Assembly: GCA_902588625.1 (NCBI GenBank)
Contig: CACIPU010000002.1
Location: forward strand, 6,086-70,085
Reading direction: 5' to 3'
DNA from: an uncultured Pelagibacteraceae bacterium
GTDB lineage: Bacteria; Pseudomonadota; Alphaproteobacteria; Pelagibacterales; Pelagibacteraceae
Length of the DNA stretch: 64,000 bases
Position numbers and translations under genes: made by a program. Position 1 is the stretch's first letter, and every line of letters begins with the position of its first letter. The notes under the pieces were generated by a model. It was not told the DNA's origin, made no database searches, and saw nothing but the letters and a program-made list of their open reading frames with translations. This document shows, in pieces, positions 22,132 through 31,611 of this stretch.

Positions 22132-23877
22132 TTGATGCTTAATCAAGAAGATTTAATAAAAAAAGTTAAAACATATAACCCATTTTTTAACCCTGAAACT
22201 TTATCTAAAGCTTATAAATTTGCATTAAAAGCTCACAAAGATCAAAAAAGAGATTCCGGAGATCCTTATTTGATACATCCTGTTGCTGTAGCTGATATTT
22301 TAACTGATTTAAAGCTCGATAGCGCAACCATAGCAACTGGATTACTTCATGACACTATAGAAGATACGAAAATTACTTATGACAATGTTCAAACTGAGTT
22401 TGGTAAAGAAGTAGCAGATTTAGTTGATGGTGTTACTAAAATATCTGAATTAGAAGGTAAAATTATTGAAAATTCAAAAGCAGAGAATATAAGAAAGTTA
22501 ATTTTAGCTACATCAAAGGATATAAGAGTTTTACTTGTAAAAATTGCTGATCGTCTACACAACATGAGAACTTTAAATTTTATTTTAAGCGAGAGCAGAA
22601 AAAAAAAAATTGCACAAGAAACTATGGAAATTTATGCACCCCTAGCTGATCGAATGGGCATGAATCATATAAGAGATGAACTTGAAGATTTATCATTTTT
22701 AAATTTAAACTCAAAAGCTAGAAGTCTCGTTGTTAATCGACTATCATTAAATAAAACAAATAGATTAAATATTTTCAAAGAAATATCGTCTCAATTTGAT
22801 AAAATCTTAAAAAAAAACGAAATTAAAGCAAAAATTATTGGTAGGGAAAAAACCCCTTTTTCTATTTGGAGAAAAATACAATCAAAAAGGGTTTCTCTTG
22901 AGCAATTAACAGATATAATTGGATTTAGAATTGTAGTTAATAGTATAGAAGATTGTTATAAGACTTTAGGAATTTTTCACAGTAATTGGTCAACAATTCC
23001 AGGAAGATTTAAAGATTATATTTCAACACCAAAAATTAATAATTATAAGTCTATACATACAGCAATAATAGGACCCAAAAAGGAAAGAGTTGAAATTCAA
23101 ATTAGAACTCAAAAAATGCATGATTTTGCTGAAAGAGGTATTGCCTCACATTGGATATATAAATCTTCTGAAAAAGTAAGTAAATTAGCTTTAAAAGAAT
23201 ATGATTGGCTAAGAGATTTGGTTGAAATAATTGACAAAGAAAAAAACACCAATCATTCGTTGGAATACACAAAGCTTCAAATGTTTCAAGATAATGTTTT
23301 TTGTTTCACACCAAAAGGTGAAGTAATTAAATTACCTAAAGGTGCGACACCTATCGATTTTGCTTATGCAGTACATACAAAAATTGGAGACACTTTAACT
23401 ACTTGTGAAATTAATGGAATAGGATCTCCTATTAAAAGTGTTTTGACCAATGGTGATATAGTTAATATAAAAGGATCGAAAAATAGTTCACCCTCACTTC
23501 AATGGCTATCCTACTCTAGAACAGGTAAAGCTAGAGCATCAATTAGAAAATATTGGCAAAACAAAACATCAATCAATTTATTAAAAGAAAAGACATATAT
23601 AAGTAGTCTTTGTATAAAAATACCAAATATACCAGGAAAACTTGGAGAGGTAAGTAGTTTAATTGGATTTCACGAAAATAATATAATTAATATGGAGATA
23701 ATAGAAAAAAAGAATGACTATTTAGAATTTATTTTTGATATACAAATAAATAATTTAAAAAATTATAAAAATTTAATTAGTGAACTTAAGTTAAAAGAGT
23801 ATAAATTTAAAATAATTAGACATAGGAAAAAAGATGCTTTCTTACGACGAATCTTTAAAAATTTTAAAAGAAACTAA
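22132..23877 (+). CDS. spoT: bifunctional (p)ppGpp synthetase/hydrolase (RelA/SpoT homologue), compact form
   Basis: Has an HD domain (LLHDTIEDT), a synthetase domain (GREKTPFSIWRKI, IIGFRIVV, EIQIRTQKMHDFAERGIASHW), a TGS domain and a C-terminal ACT-like domain. The track start is TTG 22132; the adjacent ATG 22135 is equally likely. Confidence 0.9.
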   Translation: MMLNQEDLIKKVKTYNPFFNPETLSKAYKFALKAHKDQKRDSGDPYLIHPVAVADILTDLKLDSATIATGLLHDTIEDTKITYDNVQTEFGKEVADLVDGVTKISELEGKIIENSKAENIRKLILATSKDIRVLLVKIADRLHNMRTLNFILSESRKKKIAQETMEIYAPLADRMGMNHIRDELEDLSFLNLNSKARSLVVNRLSLNKTNRLNIFKEISSQFDKILKKNEIKAKIIGREKTPFSIWRKIQSKRVSLEQLTDIIGFRIVVNSIEDCYKTLGIFHSNWSTIPGRFKDYISTPKINNYKSIHTAIIGPKKERVEIQIRTQKMHDFAERGIASHWIYKSSEKVSKLALKEYDWLRDLVEIIDKEKNTNHSLEYTKLQMFQDNVFCFTPKGEVIKLPKGATPIDFAYAVHTKIGDTLTTCEINGIGSPIKSVLTNGDIVNIKGSKNSSPSLQWLSYSRTGKARASIRKYWQNKTSINLLKEKTYISSLCIKIPNIPGKLGEVSSLIGFHENNIINMEIIEKKNDYLEFIFDIQINNLKNYKNLISELKLKEYKFKIIRHRKKDAFLRRIFKNFKRN

Positions 23878-24421
23878 CGCATTATTAGAAGGTCACTTTA
23901 TTCTTTCATCAGGGTTGCACAGTGATAAATATATTCAATGTGCAAAATTATTAAGTCATACAAAAGAAGCACAAATGATTTGCTCTTCTTTATGTGAAAA
24001 AATTAAAAACAATTTTAAAGAGATAGACCTAATTTTAACACCCGCTATTGGAGGTATAGTAGTAGGTTTTGAGATTGGAAGACAATTAAATATCGAAACA
24101 ATTTTTGCAGAACGTATAGATAAAGAATTATTATTAAGAAGAGGTTTTAATATATCTCAAAACTCTAAAGTGCTTATAGTTGAAGATGTAATTACTACAG
24201 GAAAATCAGCTTTAGAGTGTAATAGTTTAGTGAAAAGAAATGGTGCTGTTACTGTTGGATATTCATGTATTATAGATCGATCTAATAACAAATCAAAAAT
24301 AACTGATAAAATTATTTCTCAAGTAAAGATAGACATTGAAACATACGAAAGTTCAAATTTACCAGATAAAATTAAAAAAATTGATCCTATAAAACCAGGT
24401 AGTAGAAATTTACAAAAATGA
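23834..24421 (+). CDS. pyrE: orotate phosphoribosyltransferase
   Basis: 195 aa with GHFILSSGLHSDKYIQ and the PRPP loop VLIVEDVITTGKS. It overlaps the spoT 3' end by 44 nt. Confidence 0.9.
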   Translation: MLSYDESLKILKETNALLEGHFILSSGLHSDKYIQCAKLLSHTKEAQMICSSLCEKIKNNFKEIDLILTPAIGGIVVGFEIGRQLNIETIFAERIDKELLLRRGFNISQNSKVLIVEDVITTGKSALECNSLVKRNGAVTVGYSCIIDRSNNKSKITDKIISQVKIDIETYESSNLPDKIKKIDPIKPGSRNLQK

Positions 24422-25143
24422 AAAAGAGACTACTTGGAGTGAATATTGATCATGTAGCTACAATTAGAAATGCTCGAGGTGAAACCTACCCAGATCCACT
24501 TAAAGCGGCATTAATTGCAAGTAGGAGCGGCGCAGATTCTGTTACTATTCATTTAAGAGAAGATCGAAGACATATTAATGATGATGATTTAAAAAATATA
24601 ATTAAGAAACTAAAAATACCATTAAATTTAGAAATTGCACCGACATCAGAAATGCTTAAAATCGCAATTAAACACAAACCAAATTACGTATGTATAGTTC
24701 CAGAGAAAAGAAATGAGGTTACAACAGAAGGAGGCTTAAATTTAAAAAAAAATAATAAATTTTTAAAATACATGATTAATAAACTTAAAAATAAAAATAT
24801 AAGAGTTAGCTTATTTATTAATCCAAGTATTTTAAACGTAGATGAATCGATGAAATTAGGGACTAATTGTGTTGAAATTCATACCGGAAAGTATTGTAAT
24901 GCAGTAAATAATAAAAAAAATATTAATTTTGAATTAAGCAAAATTAAAAAAACTGCAAAATATGCTAGCGAGCATCTTTTAGAAGTTCATGCTGGACATG
25001 GTCTTACCTATAAATCTATAAAAAGAATTTCTAAAATTAAATATATATCAGAATATAATATAGGACATTTTATTATATCTGAGGCTATATTTGTTGGTTT
25101 AAACAATGCTATTAAAAAGTTTAAAATGATGATTAATAATTAA
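24418..25143 (+). CDS. pdxJ: pyridoxine 5'-phosphate synthase
   Basis: 241 aa with LGVNIDHVATIRNARG, ITIHLREDRRHI and HAGHGL motifs. Confidence 0.95.
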   Translation: MKKRLLGVNIDHVATIRNARGETYPDPLKAALIASRSGADSVTIHLREDRRHINDDDLKNIIKKLKIPLNLEIAPTSEMLKIAIKHKPNYVCIVPEKRNEVTTEGGLNLKKNNKFLKYMINKLKNKNIRVSLFINPSILNVDESMKLGTNCVEIHTGKYCNAVNNKKNINFELSKIKKTAKYASEHLLEVHAGHGLTYKSIKRISKIKYISEYNIGHFIISEAIFVGLNNAIKKFKMMINN

Positions 25144-25144
25144 A

Positions 25145-25537
25145 ATGAAAATATTTGGATTGGGTACTGACATCGTAAATATAAAAAGAGTTCAGTTAGC
25201 ACTTAAAAATAACAAAAAAAACTTTACCAAAAGAATTTTTTCTAAGAATGAAATTAATTATTGTGAAAAAAGAAAAAATTCTGCTTCGTACTACGCAAAG
25301 AGATATGCCGCTAAGGAAGCCTTAAGCAAAGCTTTAGGAACTGGTATAAGCAAAGGAATTAATTTTAATGATATTGAAATTCTAAATAATAAGTTTGGAA
25401 AACCTTATATTAAATTAAAAGGTTCTACCGCCACTTATCTTAAGAAAAAAATTAAAAGGAATAAATATTTCATATATTTATCATTATCTGATGATTTACC
25501 ATGGGCTCAAGCTACAGTGATTATATCTTATAATTAA
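25145..25537 (+). CDS. acpS: holo-[acyl-carrier-protein] synthase
   Basis: 130 aa, starting IFGLGTDIVNIKR with ...RYAAKEALSKALGTG, the AcpS pattern. Confidence 0.9.
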   Translation: MKIFGLGTDIVNIKRVQLALKNNKKNFTKRIFSKNEINYCEKRKNSASYYAKRYAAKEALSKALGTGISKGINFNDIEILNNKFGKPYIKLKGSTATYLKKKIKRNKYFIYLSLSDDLPWAQATVIISYN

Positions 25538-26265
25538 TGAAAAAAATAATAATTGAAAATATTAAAACTTTATTTTTTGCTCTAGTAATAGCTATTTTAA
25601 TACGTAGTTTTTTATTTCAACCTTTTTATATCCCATCATCATCTATGGAACCTAACTTATTAATAGGTGACCGATTATTTGTATCAAAATATACATATGG
25701 TTACAGTAAACATTCGCTGCCATATAGTATTAAATTATTTAAAAATAGAATTTTAAGTAGAACTCCACAAGCAGGAGATGTAATAGTCTTTAAAACACCA
25801 GCGGACAATAGAACCGATTACATAAAAAGACTTATAGGACTGCCTGGTGATAAAATTCAAATTATTGATAATAATCTATACATTAATGATGAAAAGGTTA
25901 AAAAAAAAAAGATAATTAATTCAATTGATATTAATTGTGGAGATGAAATTATAGAAGTGAATTTTTTTCAAGAAACATTACCAAATGGGGCAAAATATAC
26001 TTCTACCTATAGAAGAGATGGGAGCATGATGAATTCTGACATTTATATAGTACCAAATAATCATTATTTTTTTATGGGAGATAACAGAGATTGTTCTAAG
26101 GATAGCCGTTTTCTTAGCAGCGTTGGATATGTTAATTTTAATAATTTGGTTGGTAAAGCCCAAATTCTTTTTTTTTCTAACGATATTAAAAAGGGATCAA
26201 TATTTAAATTTTGGAATCTTGGTAACTCATTAAGAATAGAACGTTTTTTTAAAAAAATTAATTAA
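25537..26265 (+). CDS. lepB: signal peptidase I
   Basis: 242 aa with an N-terminal TM segment, the Ser box IPSSSMEPNL, the Lys box IKRLIGLPGD and GDNRDCSKDSR. Confidence 0.95.
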   Translation: MKKIIIENIKTLFFALVIAILIRSFLFQPFYIPSSSMEPNLLIGDRLFVSKYTYGYSKHSLPYSIKLFKNRILSRTPQAGDVIVFKTPADNRTDYIKRLIGLPGDKIQIIDNNLYINDEKVKKKKIINSIDINCGDEIIEVNFFQETLPNGAKYTSTYRRDGSMMNSDIYIVPNNHYFFMGDNRDCSKDSRFLSSVGYVNFNNLVGKAQILFFSNDIKKGSIFKFWNLGNSLRIERFFKKIN

Positions 26266-26270
26266 TAACC

Positions 26271-26924
26271 ATGAGTGAAAATAATATAATTAAAAAGATA
26301 TTTAAAAATAAATCTTTACTAGAGAATGCGCTTATTCATAAAAGTGCAAATTTAAAAAAAAATAATGAAAAACTTGAGTTCCTGGGTGATAGAGTTCTTG
26401 GCTTAGTTTTATCTAAAAAATTATTTGATTTATATCCAGACGAGACAGAAGGTGTGTTAGACAAGAGATTTGCTAATTTGGTGAAGAAGAAAACGTGTAG
26501 TGAAGTTGCTTGGTCATTAAAACTTCAAAACCTTATTATTATTGGTAATAAGAAGAAAAAAATTATAAAAAATGATGAGAAAATATTAAGTGATTCATGT
26601 GAAGCTTTAATAGGCGCGATTTATATTGATCAAGGCTTTGATTATGTCAAAAAATTTATATTAAAAGCCTGGAAAAGATATATTGATAAATCTCATATTA
26701 CTATTTTAGATTCCAAAACTAAGTTACAAGAGTATTCACTAAAAAAATTTAAGAAACTTCCCACTTATCGTGTTGTTAGTTCATCGGGACCAAAACACAA
26801 TCCTATTTATAAAGTTTCTGTATGCTTAACTAATACTAAACAGTTTGTTGGTATTGGAAATTCTAAACAAGAAGCAGAATTAAACAGCGCTAAGAAATTG
26901 CTATTAGAAGAAAAGATTTTATAA
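26271..26924 (+). CDS. rnc: ribonuclease III
   Basis: 217 aa with the RNase III signature EKLEFLGDRVLG and a C-terminal dsRBD. Confidence 0.95.
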   Translation: MSENNIIKKIFKNKSLLENALIHKSANLKKNNEKLEFLGDRVLGLVLSKKLFDLYPDETEGVLDKRFANLVKKKTCSEVAWSLKLQNLIIIGNKKKKIIKNDEKILSDSCEALIGAIYIDQGFDYVKKFILKAWKRYIDKSHITILDSKTKLQEYSLKKFKKLPTYRVVSSSGPKHNPIYKVSVCLTNTKQFVGIGNSKQEAELNSAKKLLLEEKIL

Positions 26925-26925
26925 T

Positions 26926-27588
26926 ATGATTTGGTCAGATGAAGGTTACTTGTTATCAAAAAATAATTTTGATGAAAATTCAATAATAATAGAAATTTTT
27001 ACACTTAATCATGGCAAGTATACTGGAATCGTATATGGAGGCTCGTCTAGGAAACAAAAAAAAATCTTTCAGGTAGGAAATAAATTATTTTTAAACTGGA
27101 AATCAAAAGCAGAAAACAGGCATGGATATTTTAGTTGCGAACTAATAAAACCAATTGCACCACTTTATTTTGAAGATAAGAAAAGATCGGCTTGTCTACT
27201 TTCTTCAACATCTTTTTTAAAAATATTATTACCAGAAAGACAAATTAATAAAAAAATATACTCAAATTTTGAGTCAATGATAGAAAGGCTTGATTCTAAA
27301 AATTGGATTAAGCTATATATATTTTGGGAACTTTCATTAATAAAGGAATTAGGATATGAGATTAATTTTCTTGAAACCTCTGATAACCAAATTAATCAGA
27401 TTGAAATTAACAATAAATCTTTGAAAATCCCCAAAATGCTTAAAAAAAAAGACTTAACTAAAATTCATGAAGATGAAATTAAAGAAGCGTTATCTTTTAA
27501 CAAGGATTTGTTATTAGAAAATTTTATAAACCCAAATGATCTAAGATTTCCACTATTTAGAAACATGCTTGAAAGTTATTATATGTGA
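26926..27588 (+). CDS. recO: DNA repair protein RecO
   Basis: 220 aa with an N-terminal OB-fold pattern (EGYLLSKNNFDENSIIIEIFTLNHGKYTGIVYGG). It sits in the conserved rnc neighbourhood. Confidence 0.8.
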   Translation: MIWSDEGYLLSKNNFDENSIIIEIFTLNHGKYTGIVYGGSSRKQKKIFQVGNKLFLNWKSKAENRHGYFSCELIKPIAPLYFEDKKRSACLLSSTSFLKILLPERQINKKIYSNFESMIERLDSKNWIKLYIFWELSLIKELGYEINFLETSDNQINQIEINNKSLKIPKMLKKKDLTKIHEDEIKEALSFNKDLLLENFINPNDLRFPLFRNMLESYYM

Positions 27589-27592
27589 TTTT

Positions 27593-28582
27593 TTATTTAA
27601 GTTTATTTGATATTTGATCTGCGAAATAAGTTACGATTGCATTTGCTCCAGCTCTTTTAAAAGAAATTAAACTTTCATAGATAGCATTTTCATTAATTAT
27701 TTTATTATTTATACCATTTTTAATTAAACTATATTCCCCCGAGACTTGATAAGCAAAAACTGGTATTTTAAAATTATCTTTGATTAATTTTATTATATCT
27801 AAATAAGGCATCCCAGGTTTTACCATTACAAAGTCTGCTCCTTCAGATATATCAAGAGCCACTTCACGTAGAGCTTCCTTAGCATTTCTAAAGTCCATTT
27901 GATAATTCTTTTTATTGCTTTTTAAAAGATTTTTTGAGCCAACAGCATCTCTGAAAGGACCATAAAAGTTTGAAGCATATTTTACCGCATATGACAATAT
28001 TTGTACTAATTTGAAACCATTTTTATCTAAAGCCTTTCTTATTTCACCAATTCTTCCATCCATCATATCTGAAGGAGCTATAACATCGCAGCCCATTTCT
28101 GCCTGTAAAAGTGATTGTTTTATTAAAATCTTAATTGTTTCATCGTTATCTACGTAGTTCTTTTTCAAAATACCATCATGTCCATGTGACGTATATGGAT
28201 CAAGAGCAACATCAGCCATTAATCCTATTTCATTATAATTTTTCTTTATTAGTTTTAAAGCTTTACAGACTAGGTTATTTTTACTTAATGCTTCAGAGCC
28301 TCTTAAGTTTTTTTTTGAAATAGGAGTATTTGGGAATAAAGCAACCATGGGAATTTTTTTACTTATTGCTTTTTCAATAATTTTCTCAATTTTATCAAGA
28401 CTATATTTATAAACTCCTGGCATATTTTTTATTGGTATTTTAATATTTTTTCCTTCAGTGAGGAAAAGTGGCCATATAAGATCATTCACAGATAAATTAT
28501 TTTCACTGATTAATCTTCTTGACCATTCAGTCTTTCTATTTCTCCTCAACCTAACTGCAGGATAAGAACCTAAATTTTTCAT
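27593..28582 (-). CDS. hemB: porphobilinogen synthase (delta-aminolevulinate dehydratase), Asp-rich non-Zn type
   Basis: 329 aa with RLRRNR and active-site Lys regions (VMVKPG). The metal site is DVALDPYTSHGHDG, the Asp-rich type rather than the Cys-rich type. Confidence 0.95.
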   Translation of the reverse strand: MKNLGSYPAVRLRRNRKTEWSRRLISENNLSVNDLIWPLFLTEGKNIKIPIKNMPGVYKYSLDKIEKIIEKAISKKIPMVALFPNTPISKKNLRGSEALSKNNLVCKALKLIKKNYNEIGLMADVALDPYTSHGHDGILKKNYVDNDETIKILIKQSLLQAEMGCDVIAPSDMMDGRIGEIRKALDKNGFKLVQILSYAVKYASNFYGPFRDAVGSKNLLKSNKKNYQMDFRNAKEALREVALDISEGADFVMVKPGMPYLDIIKLIKDNFKIPVFAYQVSGEYSLIKNGINNKIINENAIYESLISFKRAGANAIVTYFADQISNKLK

Positions 28583-28708
28583 TTGATAACAATTCTCATT
28601 TCAATTAAAAGTTTATATTATAATAAAATCTAATTCTATTGCGACAAATCCATCCTATTAAATACTTTTTATTGCTATAAACATAGCATATTGTATTAAA
28701 ATATTTAT

Positions 28709-29299
28709 ATGAATAATTTTCAAGATTTTCACACAGTTAAAGACTTAAAGTTTGATATTAATAAACTTAAGAATGCATTAAATGAAGTTTTGAAAATTAA
28801 AAGTTATGGCTCTCCTAAAGGAATTACAAATTTTGCAGCTATTTGCTTAAATCAAATTCCGGGAAAACCAGATTCTATAAAAGGAAATAATTCTAGAGGT
28901 GTTTATTGGACTAAGCCTGATCATTCAGGAAAAGAAGTTTCTAGAGATGTAAATTTAGATGAAACTTTATACACCGAATTTGTAAAAGATTTTGAACACA
29001 CATATTTTAAAGAAGTTTATAAGCAATTATCTTCTAAATTTAAGCTAGGTCGTGTTAGAATATTATTAAAAGAACCTAGATCAACATTAAGCTGGCACAG
29101 AGATCCTGAACCAAGACTACACATACCTATAATTACAAACCCTGGATGTCACATGGTTATAGAAAACGTTGCCAAACATCTTCCCGCTGATGGATCTGTA
29201 TATATTACCAATAATGTTAAATATCATAACGCCTTTAATGGGGGTGAAGAAAATAGAGTTCATTTAGTGGCTTGTTTAACAGATTATAAATTTCAATAA
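28709..29299 (+). CDS. aspartyl/asparaginyl beta-hydroxylase-like (cupin-type Fe/2OG dioxygenase fold) protein
   Basis: 196 aa, soluble, with SWHRDPEPRLHIPIITNPGCHMVIEN...VKYHNAFNGGEENRVHLV. This fits the HxD...H and R.HL pattern of the AspH/LpxO family as I recall it. Confidence 0.55.
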   Translation: MNNFQDFHTVKDLKFDINKLKNALNEVLKIKSYGSPKGITNFAAICLNQIPGKPDSIKGNNSRGVYWTKPDHSGKEVSRDVNLDETLYTEFVKDFEHTYFKEVYKQLSSKFKLGRVRILLKEPRSTLSWHRDPEPRLHIPIITNPGCHMVIENVAKHLPADGSVYITNNVKYHNAFNGGEENRVHLVACLTDYKFQ

Positions 29300-29320
29300 T
29301 TATAAAAAATAAATATCCAA

Positions 29321-29352
29321 ATATTATAGTATAGATTTTTATACTATAATAT
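29321..29352. repeat. perfect 13-bp inverted repeat with a 6-nt spacer (ATATTATAGTATA-GATTTT-TATACTATAATAT)
   Basis: Read directly from the spacer between the AspH-like gene and rpiB. All pairs but one are A:T. Confidence 0.9.
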
Positions 29353-29388
29353 GTCATAGAATTACATAATCACCACTTAATAGAAAAA

Positions 29389-29820
29389 ATGAAATTAAAA
29401 AAAGTTTTTTTAGCGTCCGATCATGCTGGTTTTACACTGAAACAAATTATTGTAAAATTTTTAATTAAAAACAAAGTAAAAATATTAGACCTTGGACCTA
29501 AAAATAATAATACTGTTGATTATCCAGACTATGCACACTTACTTGCTAAAAAAATGAAAAAGCAAAATAATTATTTAGGAATTTTAGTTTGTGGCTCTGG
29601 GGAAGGGATGTCTATTACAGCAAATAAACATAAAAATATTAGAGCCGCGTTGTGTTATAATGTAAAATCAACTAAATTAAGCCGAAAACATAATAATGCT
29701 AATGTTATGGCTATAGGATCAAGATTGACTAATAAAAACCTTGCTTTAAAATGCGTAAAAGTATTTTTAAAAACTAATTTTGAAGGTGGAAGACATTTGA
29801 AAAGAATAAAAAAAATATAA
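29389..29820 (+). CDS. rpiB: ribose-5-phosphate isomerase B
   Basis: 143 aa with LASDHAGFTLKQ and LVCGSGEGMSITANK (RpiB/LacAB family). Confidence 0.9.
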   Translation: MKLKKVFLASDHAGFTLKQIIVKFLIKNKVKILDLGPKNNNTVDYPDYAHLLAKKMKKQNNYLGILVCGSGEGMSITANKHKNIRAALCYNVKSTKLSRKHNNANVMAIGSRLTNKNLALKCVKVFLKTNFEGGRHLKRIKKI

Positions 29821-29826
29821 ATAACT

Positions 29827-31143
29827 ATGACTAAATCTAATAAATATATTTCTGATAGCTATGAAAATTTCTTTGATAACAATTTAGCAAATACTGATCC
29901 CGATTTATATAACTCAATCAAATTGGAACTTGAAAGACAACAGCAGCATATTGAATTAATTGCTTCAGAAAATATTGTTTCAAAAGCTGTTTTAGATGCA
30001 CAAGGCTCAATCATGACTAATAAATACGCTGAAGGATATCCTTCTAAAAGATATTATGGTGGATGTGAGTTTGTTGATAAAGCTGAAGATCTTGCTCTTG
30101 AAAGAGTAAAAAAATTATTTAATTCTAAATATGCTAATGTTCAACCTCATTCTGGAGCTCAAGCTAATGGAGCAGTATATCTTGCGCTTTTAAAACCGGG
30201 AGACCCAATACTTGGTATGAGTCTAAATTCTGGTGGACACTTAACTCATGGAGCTAAAGTTTCCCTATCTGGTAAATGGCTAAATTCATTTCATTATGAA
30301 GTAGATAAAAATTCTGGATTAATTGATTATGAAAATGTCGAAAAACTGGCAATCGAACATAAACCTAAACTAATAATTGCTGGAGGAAGTGCTTATTCAC
30401 GAATTATTGATTTTAAAAAATTTCGCGAAATCGCAGATAAAGTTAATGCATATCTAATGGTTGACATGGCACACTTTTCAGGATTAGTCGCAGGAAAAGG
30501 TTATCCAAATCCTATAGAACATGCAGATGTTGTTACATCAACAACGCATAAAGTGCTTAGGGGTGCTAGAGGTGGTATCATTTTAAGTAATAGAGAAGAT
30601 ATTATTAAAAAAATTAATTCTGCAGTTTTTCCTGGCTACCAAGGTGGACCTTTAATGCATATTATTGCAGCCAAAGCAGTAGCTTTTCAAGAAGCGTTAC
30701 AACCAAATTTTCAAACATATATTAAATCAGTTTTATCTAATGCAAAAATTTTATCTGAGACTTTAAAGAATAATGGATTTAAAATCTTTTCCGGAGGAAC
30801 AGATACTCATTTAATGTTAGTAGACCTTAGACCATTTAATGTTACAGGAAAAGATGCTGAAACTAGTTTATGTAAAGCAAATATTACATGCAACAAAAAT
30901 GGAATTCCTTTTGATACTCAAAAAATGACTATCACGTCAGGTATAAGACTTGGAGTTCAAGCAGCTACCACTAGGGGATTTGGACTTAATGAGTTTAAAA
31001 AAGTTGGGGAACTGATCACAAAAGTTATAAAAGGACTCTCAATCAATTCTAAAGATAATACTCAAGTTGAAAATGAAGTAAGAAATGAAGTTATTTCACT
31101 TTGTTCTAGTTTTCCTATATATAACCATCTAATAAAAGATTAA
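29827..31143 (+). CDS. glyA: serine hydroxymethyltransferase
   Basis: 438 aa with [11 protein letters not shown], the PLP site [14 protein letters not shown] and GYQGGPLMH. Confidence 0.97.
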   Translation: MTKSNKYISDSYENFFDNNLANTDPDLYNSIKLELERQQQHIELIASENIVSKAVLDAQGSIMTNKYAEGYPSKRYYGGCEFVDKAEDLALERVKKLFNSKYANVQPHSGAQANGAVYLALLKPGDPILGMSLNSGGHLTHGAKVSLSGKWLNSFHYEVDKNSGLIDYENVEKLAIEHKPKLIIAGGSAYSRIIDFKKFREIADKVNAYLMVDMAHFSGLVAGKGYPNPIEHADVVTSTTHKVLRGARGGIILSNREDIIKKINSAVFPGYQGGPLMHIIAAKAVAFQEALQPNFQTYIKSVLSNAKILSETLKNNGFKIFSGGTDTHLMLVDLRPFNVTGKDAETSLCKANITCNKNGIPFDTQKMTITSGIRLGVQAATTRGFGLNEFKKVGELITKVIKGLSINSKDNTQVENEVRNEVISLCSSFPIYNHLIKD

Positions 31144-31146
31144 ATT

Positions 31147-31611
31147 ATGCTTTGTCCATTTTGTAGAGAAAAAGATACATCAGTAGTTGACTCGAGACCA
31201 ACAGAAGATGGAGCAGCAATAAGACGGAGAAGGGTCTGTGGTTGCGAAAGAAAAGAAAGATTCACCACTTTTGAAAGAGTTCAATTTAGAGAATTAACCG
31301 TTGTAAAAAACAATGGAAGAAAAGAACCTTTTGACAGAGATAAAGTTGCAAAATCAATTAATATATCTTTAAGAAAAAGACCTATTGAAAGTGAAGCTAT
31401 AGAAAAATTTATATCAAAAATTGTTAGAAATCTTGAGGGTTTAGGTGAAAATGAAATTCCTACAACAACAATAGGTAAATTCATTATGGATGGTCTATCA
31501 AATTTAGATCAAGTAGCTTACGTTCGTTTTGCTTCAGTTTATAAAAATTTCAAAGAAGCAAAAGATTTTGAACAATTTATAGGCAACTTGAATGTCTACA
31601 AGTCAGAATAA
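31147..31611 (+). CDS. nrdR: transcriptional repressor NrdR
   Basis: 154 aa with the Zn ribbon [17 protein letters not shown]...RRRRVC and an ATP-cone. Confidence 0.95.
   Translation: MLCPFCREKDTSVVDSRPTEDGAAIRRRRVCGCERKERFTTFERVQFRELTVVKNNGRKEPFDRDKVAKSINISLRKRPIESEAIEKFISKIVRNLEGLGENEIPTTTIGKFIMDGLSNLDQVAYVRFASVYKNFKEAKDFEQFIGNLNVYKSE

Noticed and set aside
25900-25910. Long homopolymer tracts as phase-variation switches (A11 in lepB; also A11 at 32105-32115 in ribD, A10 at 34378-34387 in ribH and T8 at 58841-58848 in the GIY-YIG gene)
   Set aside because: They occur in essential housekeeping genes and encode Lys runs, which is typical of extreme AT bias. There is no evidence of frameshifted copies.
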